The notes below the pieces were generated by a model, which was given only the letters and a program-made list of their open reading frames with translations, was not told the DNA's origin and did no database searches. Below, piece by piece: positions 19,610-29,590 of a stretch of DNA of 64,000 nucleotides. Location: contig JBBQUR010000006.1 in NCBI GenBank assembly GCA_038212275.1, positions 1 through 64,000 of the forward strand, read 5' to 3'. The DNA is from Planctomycetota bacterium. Lineage in GTDB: Bacteria; Planctomycetota; B15-G4. The stretch's first letter is position 1. Every line of letters begins with the position of its first letter. A program made the translations under genes and the position numbers.

Positions 19610-20170
19610 ATGGACCCGAAGTCTTTCCTGAATACGGCGTTGTCCCGCCTCCACCCGGAACCCTACTCCTGCCAGCTCGATCCGGTGGGTTCGCCCTTCG
19701 ATCTCATCCTGTGGCGGCGGCGCGCGAGGTTCGCTGACGACGTGCTGGGCGTGATCGAGTTCCATCCGGAGGCGGAGCCGCGGGCGCAGATCGAGGCCGC
19801 GCGGCAGGACATCGTGAGCCGTCTCGGCGCGGCGTGCTTCACGCGCGAGGTCGTGCTGCACCTGCTGGTTCACGGACGCGAGCCGGCGTGGCGCACGGCG
19901 CAGACCGCGATGGCCGCGGACCGGCTGGGTTTCCGTGGCGTGATGATCCAGTCGGTGCACTTCGTGGATCCCGACACCCTGCGCGTCGCGCACAGCATCA
20001 GTGCCTGGGGCCCGGTGAAGTACGCGTTGCGTGGCCACGTGCTGGTCGAGCAGATCGAAGGCCTGCTGCAGCCGCGACAGAGCGCGGAGCTCGAGGCGTT
20101 TCCGGAAGCCGGCGACGCCGCCGGCTCGACCGATGCGGCCGGCACGGCAGGCACGACGACCCACGGGTAG
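19610..20170 (+). CDS. Hypothetical protein
   Basis: 186-aa ORF with high GC3 and globular composition, filling the gap before hisS. Confidence 0.7.
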   Translation: MDPKSFLNTALSRLHPEPYSCQLDPVGSPFDLILWRRRARFADDVLGVIEFHPEAEPRAQIEAARQDIVSRLGAACFTREVVLHLLVHGREPAWRTAQTAMAADRLGFRGVMIQSVHFVDPDTLRVAHSISAWGPVKYALRGHVLVEQIEGLLQPRQSAELEAFPEAGDAAGSTDAAGTAGTTTHG

Positions 20171-20252
20171 ACGCTGCCCGCGGGCACTTGGCTAGGATGT
20201 CGCGCTTGTCGCCGCCGCGAATCCCGCGGCGCGCGGAGTCGGAGCGCGGTTC

Positions 20253-21707
20253 ATGGCCAGGGACGTCCACACCTCTCCCGTGCGCGGCATGCGCGACCTG
20301 CTGCCGCAGGAGTGCGAGCTGCGCGACTGGGCCGTCGGGGTCATCCTCGACACCTACCGGGGCTTCGGCTTCCAGCGCGTGGAGACGCCGGCGCTGGAGC
20401 ACCTGCCGCTGCTCACCGGCGGCGACGGCGGCGAGAACGAGAAGCTCATCTTCAAGGTGCTCAAGCGCGGCGACGAGCTGCGCGGCGCCCTCACGGCGCT
20501 CGGCGCCGCCGCGCCCGATGAACGCGCGGAAAACGCCCTCGTCGACGCCGGTCTGCGCTTCGACCTCACCGTGCCGCTGGCGCGCTTCTTCGCGGAGCAC
20601 AACGCGGAGCTGCCGTCGCCCTTCAAGGCCATCCAGATCGGGCCGGTGTGGCGCGCCGAGCGGCCGCAGAAGGGGCGCTTCCGGCAGTTCACCCAGTGCG
20701 ACATCGACGTGCTGGGCGAGGCGGGCGCCTCCGCCGAGATCGACCTCATCCTCGCGACGACCGAAGCGCTTTCCGCGCTGGGCCTCCCGGGCTTCACGGT
20801 GCGCGTGAACGACCGGCGGCTGCTGCAGGACTATGCGCGTCGATTCGGGATGTCCGAGGAGCGCCAGGGCGCCTTCTTCATCACGCTTGACAAGCTGGAC
20901 AAGATCAGCCCGGAGGCCGCGGCCGCCGAGCTGGTCGCGCTGGGTCTCCCGGCGGATGCCGCGCGCGAGGCCGTGACGGGACTGCTCGCGCAGCGCGATG
21001 GCGGCTCGCTCGCGAACTTCGCGCAGGACTCGGGCAGCGCGCGCACGCTGGAGGCGATTCTCGCGGCGCTGGCGCCGGCCCTGGCGGGGCGCGCACAGCT
21101 CGTCTTCGACCCGACGCTCGTACGCGGCATGGGTTACTACACGGGGCCGATCTTCGAGATCGGCGTCGAAGGGCTGCCGTACTCGATCGCGGGCGGCGGG
21201 CGCTACGACCGCATGATCGGCAAGCTGCTCGGGCGTGAGGTGCCTGCCTGCGGTTTCTCCATCGGCTTCGAGCGCGTCATCGGGCTGCTGCTCGAACGCG
21301 GCGTCAAGGTGCCGCGCAAAGGCAGGTTGCTCGCCCTGCTGCACGAGGTTCCCGGCGAACCCGACGCATCCGGCTCGCCCGACGCGGTGGGCGTTGCGGA
21401 TGCTGCGGATGCTGCGGGTGCTGCCGCCACCGCGGGTGCCGCGGGCGACAAGGGCGCGGCGACGCTCGCGCAGGTCGTTGCTGCCGCCGCGGCGCTGCGC
21501 ACGGAAGGCCATGCCGTCTCGCTGCAGCTCAAGCGCAAGAAGCTGGGCAAGCAGCTCGACGACCTGCAGAAGCTCGGCTTCGACGGGGCGGCCACGCTGC
21601 CCGCCGACGGCGGCCCGCCGCAGGTGAAATGGTTCGCCGAGCGCGGCGCCGACTCGCGCGAGGCGCGAGGCGGGGACGGCCGCGCGAAGCCGGAGCGCAC
21701 GCCGTGA
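20253..21707 (+). CDS. hisS: Histidine--tRNA ligase
   Basis: PVRGMRD, LRFDLTVPLARF, WRAERPQKGRFRQFTQCDIDVLG, LVRGMGYYTG, GGGRYD, GFSIGFERV. Confidence 0.97.
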   Translation: MARDVHTSPVRGMRDLLPQECELRDWAVGVILDTYRGFGFQRVETPALEHLPLLTGGDGGENEKLIFKVLKRGDELRGALTALGAAAPDERAENALVDAGLRFDLTVPLARFFAEHNAELPSPFKAIQIGPVWRAERPQKGRFRQFTQCDIDVLGEAGASAEIDLILATTEALSALGLPGFTVRVNDRRLLQDYARRFGMSEERQGAFFITLDKLDKISPEAAAAELVALGLPADAAREAVTGLLAQRDGGSLANFAQDSGSARTLEAILAALAPALAGRAQLVFDPTLVRGMGYYTGPIFEIGVEGLPYSIAGGGRYDRMIGKLLGREVPACGFSIGFERVIGLLLERGVKVPRKGRLLALLHEVPGEPDASGSPDAVGVADAADAAGAAATAGAAGDKGAATLAQVVAAAAALRTEGHAVSLQLKRKKLGKQLDDLQKLGFDGAATLPADGGPPQVKWFAERGADSREARGGDGRAKPERTP

Positions 21708-22693
21708 GTCCGCGCAAGTCATCCGGCGCGGCGGGGGCATCAGGCAAAGGCTCGCTGAAGGCCAGACCCTTCCCGCGCCGCGAGGACACGCCCCAGGTTC
21801 CGGACCCGACGCGTGCGGCGGCACTGCTCGCGGAGCGGCAGGCGGGCCGAGACGCCGCGGCGGCCGCCGCGGCGAAGCTGCACCCGCAGCGCGATCTGCT
21901 CGCGCGCGGCTTCACGCTGGCCAGCCTCAACTGCTGCGGCATCCGTTCGGCGGAGCGGCGCGGCCTGCCCGCGTGGTTGCAGCGCACCAGGCCCGACATC
22001 GTCTGCCTGCAGGAAGTGCGCGCCTGGCCCGACCAGGTGGAGGCCGACCTGCGCTGCCCGCCCGGCTACAACACGCGCTGGCTTCCGGCGGGGCGCAAGG
22101 GCTATTCCGGCGTCGCGACGTACAGCCGCGCGAGCGCCGATCGCTATGCGGAAGGCAGCGGCCTGTGGTGGGGCGACGAGGAGGCACGCGTCCTGCGCGC
22201 CGATTTCGGCGAGCTCTCCGTCGTGAACCTCTACTCGCCATCCGGCAGTTCCAGCGCGGACCGGCAGATCCTGAAGTTCAGCTACCTGGATCACCTCGCC
22301 GAGTTCGCCGCCGGCCTGCTCGCCGAGAAGCGGCCCGTCGTGCTGTGCGGGGACTTCAACATCGCGCACACGGCGCTGGACATCCGCAATGCGACGAGCA
22401 ACGCGAAGAACTCCGGCTTCCTCGCCGCGGAGCGCGCGTGGTTCTCGGCGCTCCTCGAACTCGGCTGGGTGGACGTGCTCCGGGCGCTGCATCCCGGCGA
22501 GCCGAACCTGTACTCGTGGTGGAGCAACCGCGGCCAGGCGCGCGCCAACGACGTCGGCTGGCGCATCGACTACGTGCTGGCGAGCCCGACCCTTGCGCCT
22601 CTCGCCACAGAGTCGTGGATCGAGAAGGACGCCGAGCTCTCCGACCATGCCCCGGTGTGGGTGCGCTTCGGGCCACGGCACGCCACCGCCTGA
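21704..22693 (+). CDS. xth: Exodeoxyribonuclease III with basic N-terminal extension
   Basis: LNCCGIRS, DIVCLQEV, KGYSGVA, CGDFNIAH, YSWWSNRGQAR, GWRIDY, SDHAPV; GTG overlaps hisS stop. Confidence 0.93.
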   Translation: MSPRKSSGAAGASGKGSLKARPFPRREDTPQVPDPTRAAALLAERQAGRDAAAAAAAKLHPQRDLLARGFTLASLNCCGIRSAERRGLPAWLQRTRPDIVCLQEVRAWPDQVEADLRCPPGYNTRWLPAGRKGYSGVATYSRASADRYAEGSGLWWGDEEARVLRADFGELSVVNLYSPSGSSSADRQILKFSYLDHLAEFAAGLLAEKRPVVLCGDFNIAHTALDIRNATSNAKNSGFLAAERAWFSALLELGWVDVLRALHPGEPNLYSWWSNRGQARANDVGWRIDYVLASPTLAPLATESWIEKDAELSDHAPVWVRFGPRHATA

Positions 22694-22698
22694 GCCGG

Positions 22699-22740
22699 AA
22701 AAGAATCCGCCCGGGGCCACTTTCGTGATCCCGGGCGGAT
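22699..22740 (-). terminator. Intrinsic terminator oriented for a minus-strand transcript
   Basis: 11-bp stem ATCCGCCCGGG/CCCGGGCGGAT, GAAA tetraloop and TCTTTT tail when read on the minus strand. Confidence 0.7.
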
Positions 22741-23277
22741 CTGCACGTCGGCAACCCTCAGCTCAGGGTTGCGGAAAAGCCCCTGTTCCTTCGGCCAGCA
22801 CCCAGCGTCCCTTGTCCGTCTGGTGTCTCTCCTCGATTCCCCCGAATCGTTCTGGCCGTCCTTGCTGTCGATCCATCGCACCGGCATCCGGCGTGTCCTG
22901 ACGGCTGCATCGGGCCGGCGTCAGGCCGCTCTCGCATGGCAAACGTCCGCCGGCAACACGTGACGCCGCAACCGCTGCGGAGGAGTCCGCGGTGGAGCGA
23001 GCGGGCGTGTGGCCGAAGACGTGCATCGTGACCCCCTGTGATCCTGAACTGCCGGTGCCTGGAGGACAGCGGGTGAATCCCGGACTCCGTCCATGCACCT
23101 GTTGCTACAAGCGGGAAAGGGGCGACAAGGTGCAGCATTTCTTCCGCATGAATTTTCAGCGAGCAGCTCGCGTGGCACCCACCGCTACAATCCCGCGCGC
23201 GGACTCAGGGGTCGCGCGCGCGGTTCGTCGCGAAGCAGACTCGACATTCCGCATCCAAGGCCCCGCCCGAGACAGCC

Positions 23278-25053
23278 ATGCGCGCTTCCCGCCTGCTCAA
23301 CAAGACCCTCTTCGACGACCCGGCCGATGCCGAGCTGCGCAGTCACAAGCTGCTGGCGCGCGGCGGCTACATCCGCAAGGTGGGCGCCGGCCTGTACAGC
23401 TACGCGCCGCTCATGTGGCGCACGCTGCGCAAGATCTCCGGCATCGTGCGCGAGGAGATGGACCGCGCCGGCGGCCAGGAAGTGCTGCTGCCCATCCTCC
23501 AGCCGATGGAGCTGTGGGAGGAGTCCGGCCGCGCGGACCAGTATCTGAAGGCCGGCATCCTCTTTCACCTGGCGGACCGGAAGGATGCGCGGCTGTGCCT
23601 CGCGCCGACCGCCGAGGAGCTCATCACCGACCTGCTGCGCGGCACCGTGGACAGCTACAAGCAGCTGCCCGTCACGGCCTATCAGATCGCCAACAAATAC
23701 CGCGACGAGTTCCGGCCGCGCTTCGGCCTCATGCGCGGCCGCGAATTCATCATGAAGGACGCCTACAGCTTCGACGCCGACGAGGTCGGCCTCGACGCCA
23801 GCTACAAGGCGATGCGCGACGCCTACGTGCGCGTCTTCAACCGCTGCGGCCTGAAGTACGTCATCGTCGAGGCCGACAGCGGCGCCATCGGCGGCTCGCG
23901 CAGCGAGGAATTCATGGTCACCGCAGACGCGGGCGAGGACGGCCTGCTCACCTGCCCGCACTGCGGCTACGGCGCGAACGTCGAGCGCGCCGAGTCCGTG
24001 CTGGCGCCGGGCGAGCCGGGCGGCGAGCCGCTGCCGATGCGCGACGAGAGCACGCCGGGCATCACGACCGTCGCCGCGCTGGCGGACTTCTTCAAGCTGG
24101 CGCCGAGCCGCATGATCAAGACCGTGCTCTTCCAGGCGACCTACAAGAGCAAGGTGCAGGCGCTCGCGGTGCTCATCCGCGGCGACCTCGACTGCAACGC
24201 GGTCAAGGTGCAGAACGCGGCCGGCGCCATCGCGCTGGAGATCGCGTCCGAGGAACTGGTGCGCCGCGTGACCGGCGCCGCGCCCGGCTACGCGGGGCCG
24301 GTGGGTCTCACGGACTGCCGCATCCTGGCGGACACCTCCGTGAAGGGCATGACCAACTTCCTGTGCGGCGCGAACAAGACTGATCGCCACCTGCTCGACG
24401 TGAACTTCGAGCGCGACGTGCCGATGCCGAAGTTCGCGGAGCTGCGCGAGGCCAGGGTCGGCGAGTCCTGCGCGCGCTGCACGACGGGCAGGCTCGTCGG
24501 CCTGCGCGGCATCGAGGTCGGCCACGTCTTCAAGCTGGGCACCAAGTACAGCGAGGCGATGAAGGCGCTCTTCACGGACCGCGACGGCAAGCGCCGCCCC
24601 TTCGTGATGGGCTGCTACGGCATCGGCGTGTCGCGCATCGCGGCCGCCGCCGTCGAACAGAACCACGACGACAAGGGCATCGTGTGGCCCGTCGCGATCG
24701 CGCCCTACGAAGTCGCCGTCGTCCCGATGCAGATGGACATGCCCCACGTCGTGCAGGCCGCGGAAAAACTCTACGTGGAGCTCGGCAAGCTCGGCGTCGA
24801 AGCCCTGCTCGACGACCGCGAGATGCGCCCGGGCGGCAAGCTCAAGGACACGGAACTCATCGGCTTCCCGTACCGCATCCTCTGCGGCCGCTCGCTCGCC
24901 GACGGCCAGGTGGAGTGCGAACGCCGCGCCACCGGCGAGAAGCAGCTCGTCGCCCTGGCGGACGCCGCGCAGTGGGTGGCGGATGCGGTGGCGGCCGACA
25001 GGCGGGGGGACGCCAGGCGCCCGGTGTCGGCCGCTGCCTCTGCGCCGACATGA
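23278..25053 (+). CDS. proS: Proline--tRNA ligase (bacterial type with editing insertion domain)
   Basis: SHKLLARGGYI, LAPTAEE, KYRDEFRPRFGLMRGREFIMKDAYSF, GIEVGHVFKLGTKYS, MGCYGIGVSR. Confidence 0.98.
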   Translation: MRASRLLNKTLFDDPADAELRSHKLLARGGYIRKVGAGLYSYAPLMWRTLRKISGIVREEMDRAGGQEVLLPILQPMELWEESGRADQYLKAGILFHLADRKDARLCLAPTAEELITDLLRGTVDSYKQLPVTAYQIANKYRDEFRPRFGLMRGREFIMKDAYSFDADEVGLDASYKAMRDAYVRVFNRCGLKYVIVEADSGAIGGSRSEEFMVTADAGEDGLLTCPHCGYGANVERAESVLAPGEPGGEPLPMRDESTPGITTVAALADFFKLAPSRMIKTVLFQATYKSKVQALAVLIRGDLDCNAVKVQNAAGAIALEIASEELVRRVTGAAPGYAGPVGLTDCRILADTSVKGMTNFLCGANKTDRHLLDVNFERDVPMPKFAELREARVGESCARCTTGRLVGLRGIEVGHVFKLGTKYSEAMKALFTDRDGKRRPFVMGCYGIGVSRIAAAAVEQNHDDKGIVWPVAIAPYEVAVVPMQMDMPHVVQAAEKLYVELGKLGVEALLDDREMRPGGKLKDTELIGFPYRILCGRSLADGQVECERRATGEKQLVALADAAQWVADAVAADRRGDARRPVSAAASAPT

Positions 25054-25277
25054 ACGCGGCCGCGACATGAAGCCCGGAAGGATCCTCCCGAGCCTCCTGA
25101 TCGGCTGACTCTGCGTCCTCGAGGAATTGGGCCGCTCCCGGCACCGGTGAGCTGAAGGACGTCATCGTCCGCAGCCCCTGAAATCGCGGCCTTGCCTCAA
25201 CTTCCCGCCCGCGGCAGCCGATAGGCAGGCCTTGGTGCCGGGTCTGCGGGGCATGCCGACAGATCGAGGAGGTCGAG

Positions 25278-25970
25278 ATGTCGTACACGCTCAAGCCGGC
25301 GGACGAGACCGCGCGCGAGAACGCCGCCGCCGCCTACGTGACGCAGCCGATCTCGGTGCAGCGGGTCGGCATCGGCGTGGGCATCGGCGCGGTGATCCTC
25401 TTCTCGCTGGCGGGCCTTCCGTCGTGGTCGCGTCATCGGCCACCGCGGCCACCGCTCCGGGCGACGGACGGGCTGTATCACGGATCGTCGCCGGCGGGTG
25501 CTGCCTGGATCGGTGACGTCGAGCGCACCTACGCCGACCTGATGGACGTGGTGGACCCGGTCACGCACCAGCGGCCCGCTTACCCGAGCACAGCGGAACT
25601 CTTCGCGAGGCTGCTCCCGCTCCCGCACTGGCAGCACGCCGCGCTGTTCGAATCCGACGTGAGCGTCGAGGAACTCCAGGCCGTCGAGCTCGGTGACCGC
25701 CGGCAGTGCGAGACCCTGGTCCATCGTGACACCCGCAGGATGCCGAGCGACGTCTCCATGTCTGTCCACTGGCAGCTCGCGCTGATGGACGACGCCGGCC
25801 GGATCCTCGCCCGAGTCTTCATCGTGGTCCCGACCCTCGACTCCAGTCGCTGCGGCGACGGCGACGAGGCGGCCTTCGCCACCTGCCCCGAGCTCGAGAA
25901 GCGCTTCCCCGACTGGCCGCGCGTGGCCGTGTTCAATCGCCCGCCCGCCGAGGCACAATCGGAAGGGTGA
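25278..25970 (+). CDS. Hypothetical protein with one N-terminal TM segment
   Basis: Strong RBS GAGGAGG; stop overlaps GTG of the next GT4. Confidence 0.7.
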   Translation: MSYTLKPADETARENAAAAYVTQPISVQRVGIGVGIGAVILFSLAGLPSWSRHRPPRPPLRATDGLYHGSSPAGAAWIGDVERTYADLMDVVDPVTHQRPAYPSTAELFARLLPLPHWQHAALFESDVSVEELQAVELGDRRQCETLVHRDTRRMPSDVSMSVHWQLALMDDAGRILARVFIVVPTLDSSRCGDGDEAAFATCPELEKRFPDWPRVAVFNRPPAEAQSEG

Positions 25971-27400
25971 GGGTCCTCCAGCTCATCCACGACTATCTGC
26001 CGCTGCACGCGGCGGGCAGCGAGATCTACACCGCCAACCTCTGCGCGGCACTGCGCGCCGCGGGACACGAGGTGGCCGTGTTCACGTGCGAGGAGGACCG
26101 CGGCGCGGCGCAGTGGTCGCTGCGTGAGCGCGTGCACGACGGCGTGCCCGTCTTCGAGGGCATCTACAACCGCATCTACCACGACCTCTCCGAGCAGTGG
26201 GACGATCCGAAGATGGCCGCGGTGCTGGACGGCGTGCTCGCGCGCTGGAAGCCCGACCTGCTCCACGTGCAGGGCCTGCAGTTCGTCGGCGGCGTGTCGG
26301 CGCTGCGCGCGGCGGCGGCGCGCGGCATTCCCATCGTCATGACGCTGCACGAGTACTGGCTGCTCTGCCCGCGCGCCGGCCTGATGTTCGATGTCGCCGG
26401 CCGCGCCTGCGAGACCGCGACGCCGGCCGACTGCGCGCGCTGCGTGGACATCTACCCGATCGACCGTGCACGCTGGGACGGCGACAGCTTCCCTGAGCTG
26501 GGCGACCGGCGCTGGTTCGCGCGCGCGCTCGTGCAGCGCGAGGCCGACATGCGCGAGGCCTCGACGCTCATCGGGCGCTTCATCGCGCCGTCTCGCTTCC
26601 TGGCCGAGCGCTTCGCGGCGGCGGGCTTTCCGCGCGACCGCCTCGTGCATGCGGACTACGGCTTTCCGGCGCCGCCCGCGGACATGGCCACCGAACGCGC
26701 GGCGCGGCAGGCGCGGCGCGCGCGGGGCGAGCCGCTGCGCGCCGGCTACGTCGGCACGCTGTCGGACTACAAGGGCGTCGAGACCTTTGCGCGCGCGGTC
26801 GAGCGCCTCGCGGTCGGCGGACTCGGTGCGGGCGGCCCGGGTGGGGGCGGCGTGGGTGCGGGCGGCATGGTTGGGGGCGGCCGGCGCGCGCACGGCGGAC
26901 ACGGCGGGCAGCGCGCGTTGACCGGCTACGGCGAGCACGCCGCGCCGGTCCTGCGCGCCAGCATCCACGGCCACCTCGACTGGTTTCCGGACGTGACGGC
27001 GCGCCTGCGCGCCATCGCCGCGCGCTGCGGCGACGCGCTCGTCCTCGCCGGCCCCTTCGCGCAGCAGCAGCGCGACGCGATCTTCGCCGAGCTGGACCTG
27101 CTCGTCGTTCCGTCGCTGTGGTGGGAGAACAGCCCGCTCACGATTCACGAGGCCTGGCAGCGCGGCCTGCCGGTGCTGGCCTCCTCGCGCGGAGGCATGG
27201 CGGAGCTGCTCTCGCACGGCGGCGGCGCGACCTTCGCTCCCGGCGATGACGCCGCGCTGGCCGAGCTGCTGCGCCGCGCCGCGAGCGATCCAGCCCTGCC
27301 CGCGCGCTGGACCGCGAGCATTCCGCCCGTGCGCGCGCTGAGCGAGGACGTCGCGTTGCTCGAGCGGCTCGCGCGCGAACTGGGCGTCACGCCGGCCTGA
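25967..27400 (+). CDS. Glycosyltransferase family 4 (Cys-insert type)
   Basis: RVLQLIHDYLP, TLHEYWLLCPR, KGV, VVPSLWWENSPLTIHEA. Confidence 0.9.
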   Translation: MRVLQLIHDYLPLHAAGSEIYTANLCAALRAAGHEVAVFTCEEDRGAAQWSLRERVHDGVPVFEGIYNRIYHDLSEQWDDPKMAAVLDGVLARWKPDLLHVQGLQFVGGVSALRAAAARGIPIVMTLHEYWLLCPRAGLMFDVAGRACETATPADCARCVDIYPIDRARWDGDSFPELGDRRWFARALVQREADMREASTLIGRFIAPSRFLAERFAAAGFPRDRLVHADYGFPAPPADMATERAARQARRARGEPLRAGYVGTLSDYKGVETFARAVERLAVGGLGAGGPGGGGVGAGGMVGGGRRAHGGHGGQRALTGYGEHAAPVLRASIHGHLDWFPDVTARLRAIAARCGDALVLAGPFAQQQRDAIFAELDLLVVPSLWWENSPLTIHEAWQRGLPVLASSRGGMAELLSHGGGATFAPGDDAALAELLRRAASDPALPARWTASIPPVRALSEDVALLERLARELGVTPA

Positions 27401-27498
27401 GCGCGACCGCGGCGCACGACGCCGAGGTCCGCCGGCGCCTGCGGCAGTCCCGGCTTCCGGGGGCTGGTCCCGAAGAGCTTCCGGCTAGAATCCCGTCG

Positions 27499-29559
27499 AT
27501 GCACACCCAGACTTCGGCGCCGTCCGCTTCGTCCGCCTCCGTTCCTTCCGCCACGACGCTGACGCCGCTGCTGGCGGCCGGCCCCGAGGCGTTGGCCGAG
27601 GCAGCGACGGCCGCGCTGGCGAGCGCCGCGGCCGCGCGCGACCGCTTCGTCGCACTGCCGGCAGCCACACCCTTCCTCGCGGCCGTCGATGCCTTCGACG
27701 CCCTGGGGCACGACCTCAACACGGTCACCGGCGCAGCGGGGCTCTTCTTTCAAGTGCATCCGGAGCACGCGGTGCGCGAGCGGGCGGCCTCCGTGGAGCA
27801 GGACATCTCGCGCTACGCGACGGAGCTCTCGCTGGACCGCGCCGTCTACGAGCGCCTCGCGGCTCTGGATCTCGACAGCGCGGAGGCGAAGGCCCAGCCC
27901 GTCGCGCGGCGTCTCGTGGAGAAGGCGCTGCGCGACTTCCGCCGCGCGGGCGTGGACCGCGACGAGGCCACGCGCGCCCGCGTCGTCGAGCTGCGCGAGG
28001 AACTCGTGCTCATCGGCCAGGAGTTCTCGCGCCACATCGCCGGCGACGTGCGCACGATCACGCTGCCGGAGGGGCGCGCTGGGCTGGCCGGCCTGCCCGA
28101 GGACTGGATCGCGTCGCACCCGCCCGCCGCGGACGGCTCGGTGACCGTCACCACCAACCCGACCGACTTCCTGCCGTTCATGAAGTACGCGCAGAGCAGC
28201 GCGCACCGCAAGGCGCTGTACCTCGCCTTCCACAGCCGCGGCGCGCCGGCCAACCTCGACGTGCTGTCGCGCATGCTGGCGCGCCGGCACGAGCTGGCCA
28301 CCATCCTCGGCTACGCCTCGTGGGCCGCGTATGCCACCGAGGACAAGATGATCCGGACGCCCGAGCGCGCCGCGCAGTTCATCGCGCGCGTCACCGAGCT
28401 GACCGGCGCGCGCCTGCAGCGCGAACTGGACGAGCTGCTTGCCGTGCAGCGGCAGCGCGATCCGGGCGCGCGGCTCATCCACGACTACGACCGCATGCAG
28501 CTCATGGAGAGCGTGCGCCGCGACCGACTGCGCTACGACAGCCGCGACGCGCGCCCGTACTTCCCGTACGCAGCGGTCCAGCGCGGTGTGCTCGAGACGA
28601 CCAGCCGGCTGTACGGCGTCACGCTGCACAAGCTGGACCTCGCCTGCTGGCACCCGGACATCGAGGCCTGGGACGTGCGCGAGAACGGCACGCTGCTCGC
28701 GCGCTTCTATCTCGACATGCACCCGCGCACGGACAAGTACAAGCACGCGGCGATGTTCGACCTCGTCAACGGCATGCTGCCCGCCGCCGACGCGGCCACG
28801 GCGGGCGCGGCGGGCGGCACGCGCGGCGCCGGAGACGGCGCGGCCACGCGCCTGCCCGAGGCCTGTCTCGTGTGCAACTTTCCCCAGACGACGGACAGCG
28901 ATCCGGGACTCATGGAGCCGGGCGAGGTCACCACCTTCTTTCACGAGTTCGGGCACCTCATGCACCACTTGCTGGCGGGGCGGCAGCGCTGGCTGGCGGT
29001 CTCGGGCATCTCCACCGAGTGGGATTTCGTGGAGGTGCCCAGCCAGCTCTACGAGGAATGGGCGCGCGACGTCGCCGTGCTGCAGTCCTTCGCCAGGCAC
29101 CACGCGACCGGCGAGCCGATTCCGTCGGCGCTCGTCGAGCGGATGCGGCAGGCCGCCGAGTACGGCAAGGGCATCAACACGCGCATCCAGATGTTCTACG
29201 CGGGGCTTTCGCTGGAGTATTACAGCCGCGACCCGGCGGGACTCGATACGACGGACGTGATCCGCCAGCAGAAGCCCCGCTACGTGCCCTTCCCGCATGA
29301 AGAGGGCACCACGCTGCAGACCGGCTTCGGCCATCTCGAGGGCTACACCGCGCTCTACTACACCTACATGTGGTCGCTGGTGCTGGCCAAGGATCTCCTC
29401 AGCGGCTTCGGCGCGGACCTGATGGACACGACCGTGGCGCGCCGCTACCGGCATTGCGTGCTGGAGCCCGGCGGCAGCAAGGACGCGGAGCTGCTCGTGT
29501 CGGACTTCCTCGGCCGGCCCTTCGACTTCCGCGCCTTCGAGGCGTGGCTGGCGGCCTGA
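27499..29559 (+). CDS. M3 family metallo-oligopeptidase (thimet oligopeptidase-like)
   Basis: FYLDMHPR, FFHEFGHLMH zinc motif, DFVEVPSQLYEEW, YYTYMWS. Confidence 0.95.
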   Translation: MHTQTSAPSASSASVPSATTLTPLLAAGPEALAEAATAALASAAAARDRFVALPAATPFLAAVDAFDALGHDLNTVTGAAGLFFQVHPEHAVRERAASVEQDISRYATELSLDRAVYERLAALDLDSAEAKAQPVARRLVEKALRDFRRAGVDRDEATRARVVELREELVLIGQEFSRHIAGDVRTITLPEGRAGLAGLPEDWIASHPPAADGSVTVTTNPTDFLPFMKYAQSSAHRKALYLAFHSRGAPANLDVLSRMLARRHELATILGYASWAAYATEDKMIRTPERAAQFIARVTELTGARLQRELDELLAVQRQRDPGARLIHDYDRMQLMESVRRDRLRYDSRDARPYFPYAAVQRGVLETTSRLYGVTLHKLDLACWHPDIEAWDVRENGTLLARFYLDMHPRTDKYKHAAMFDLVNGMLPAADAATAGAAGGTRGAGDGAATRLPEACLVCNFPQTTDSDPGLMEPGEVTTFFHEFGHLMHHLLAGRQRWLAVSGISTEWDFVEVPSQLYEEWARDVAVLQSFARHHATGEPIPSALVERMRQAAEYGKGINTRIQMFYAGLSLEYYSRDPAGLDTTDVIRQQKPRYVPFPHEEGTTLQTGFGHLEGYTALYYTYMWSLVLAKDLLSGFGADLMDTTVARRYRHCVLEPGGSKDAELLVSDFLGRPFDFRAFEAWLAA

Positions 29560-29590
29560 GGCCGGCACCGGGACACCAGGGCCCACCGCG

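Noticed and set aside
23173..23191. TGGCAC as a sigma-54 -24 box upstream of proS
   Set aside because: No TTGC at the -12 position; the adjacent TACAAT is better read as a sigma70-type -10
25050..25180. Short ORFs after proS (MKPGRILPSLLIG-TGA-LCVLEE...) as readthrough or selenoprotein candidate
   Set aside because: Very short, no recognisable SECIS, RBS or homology
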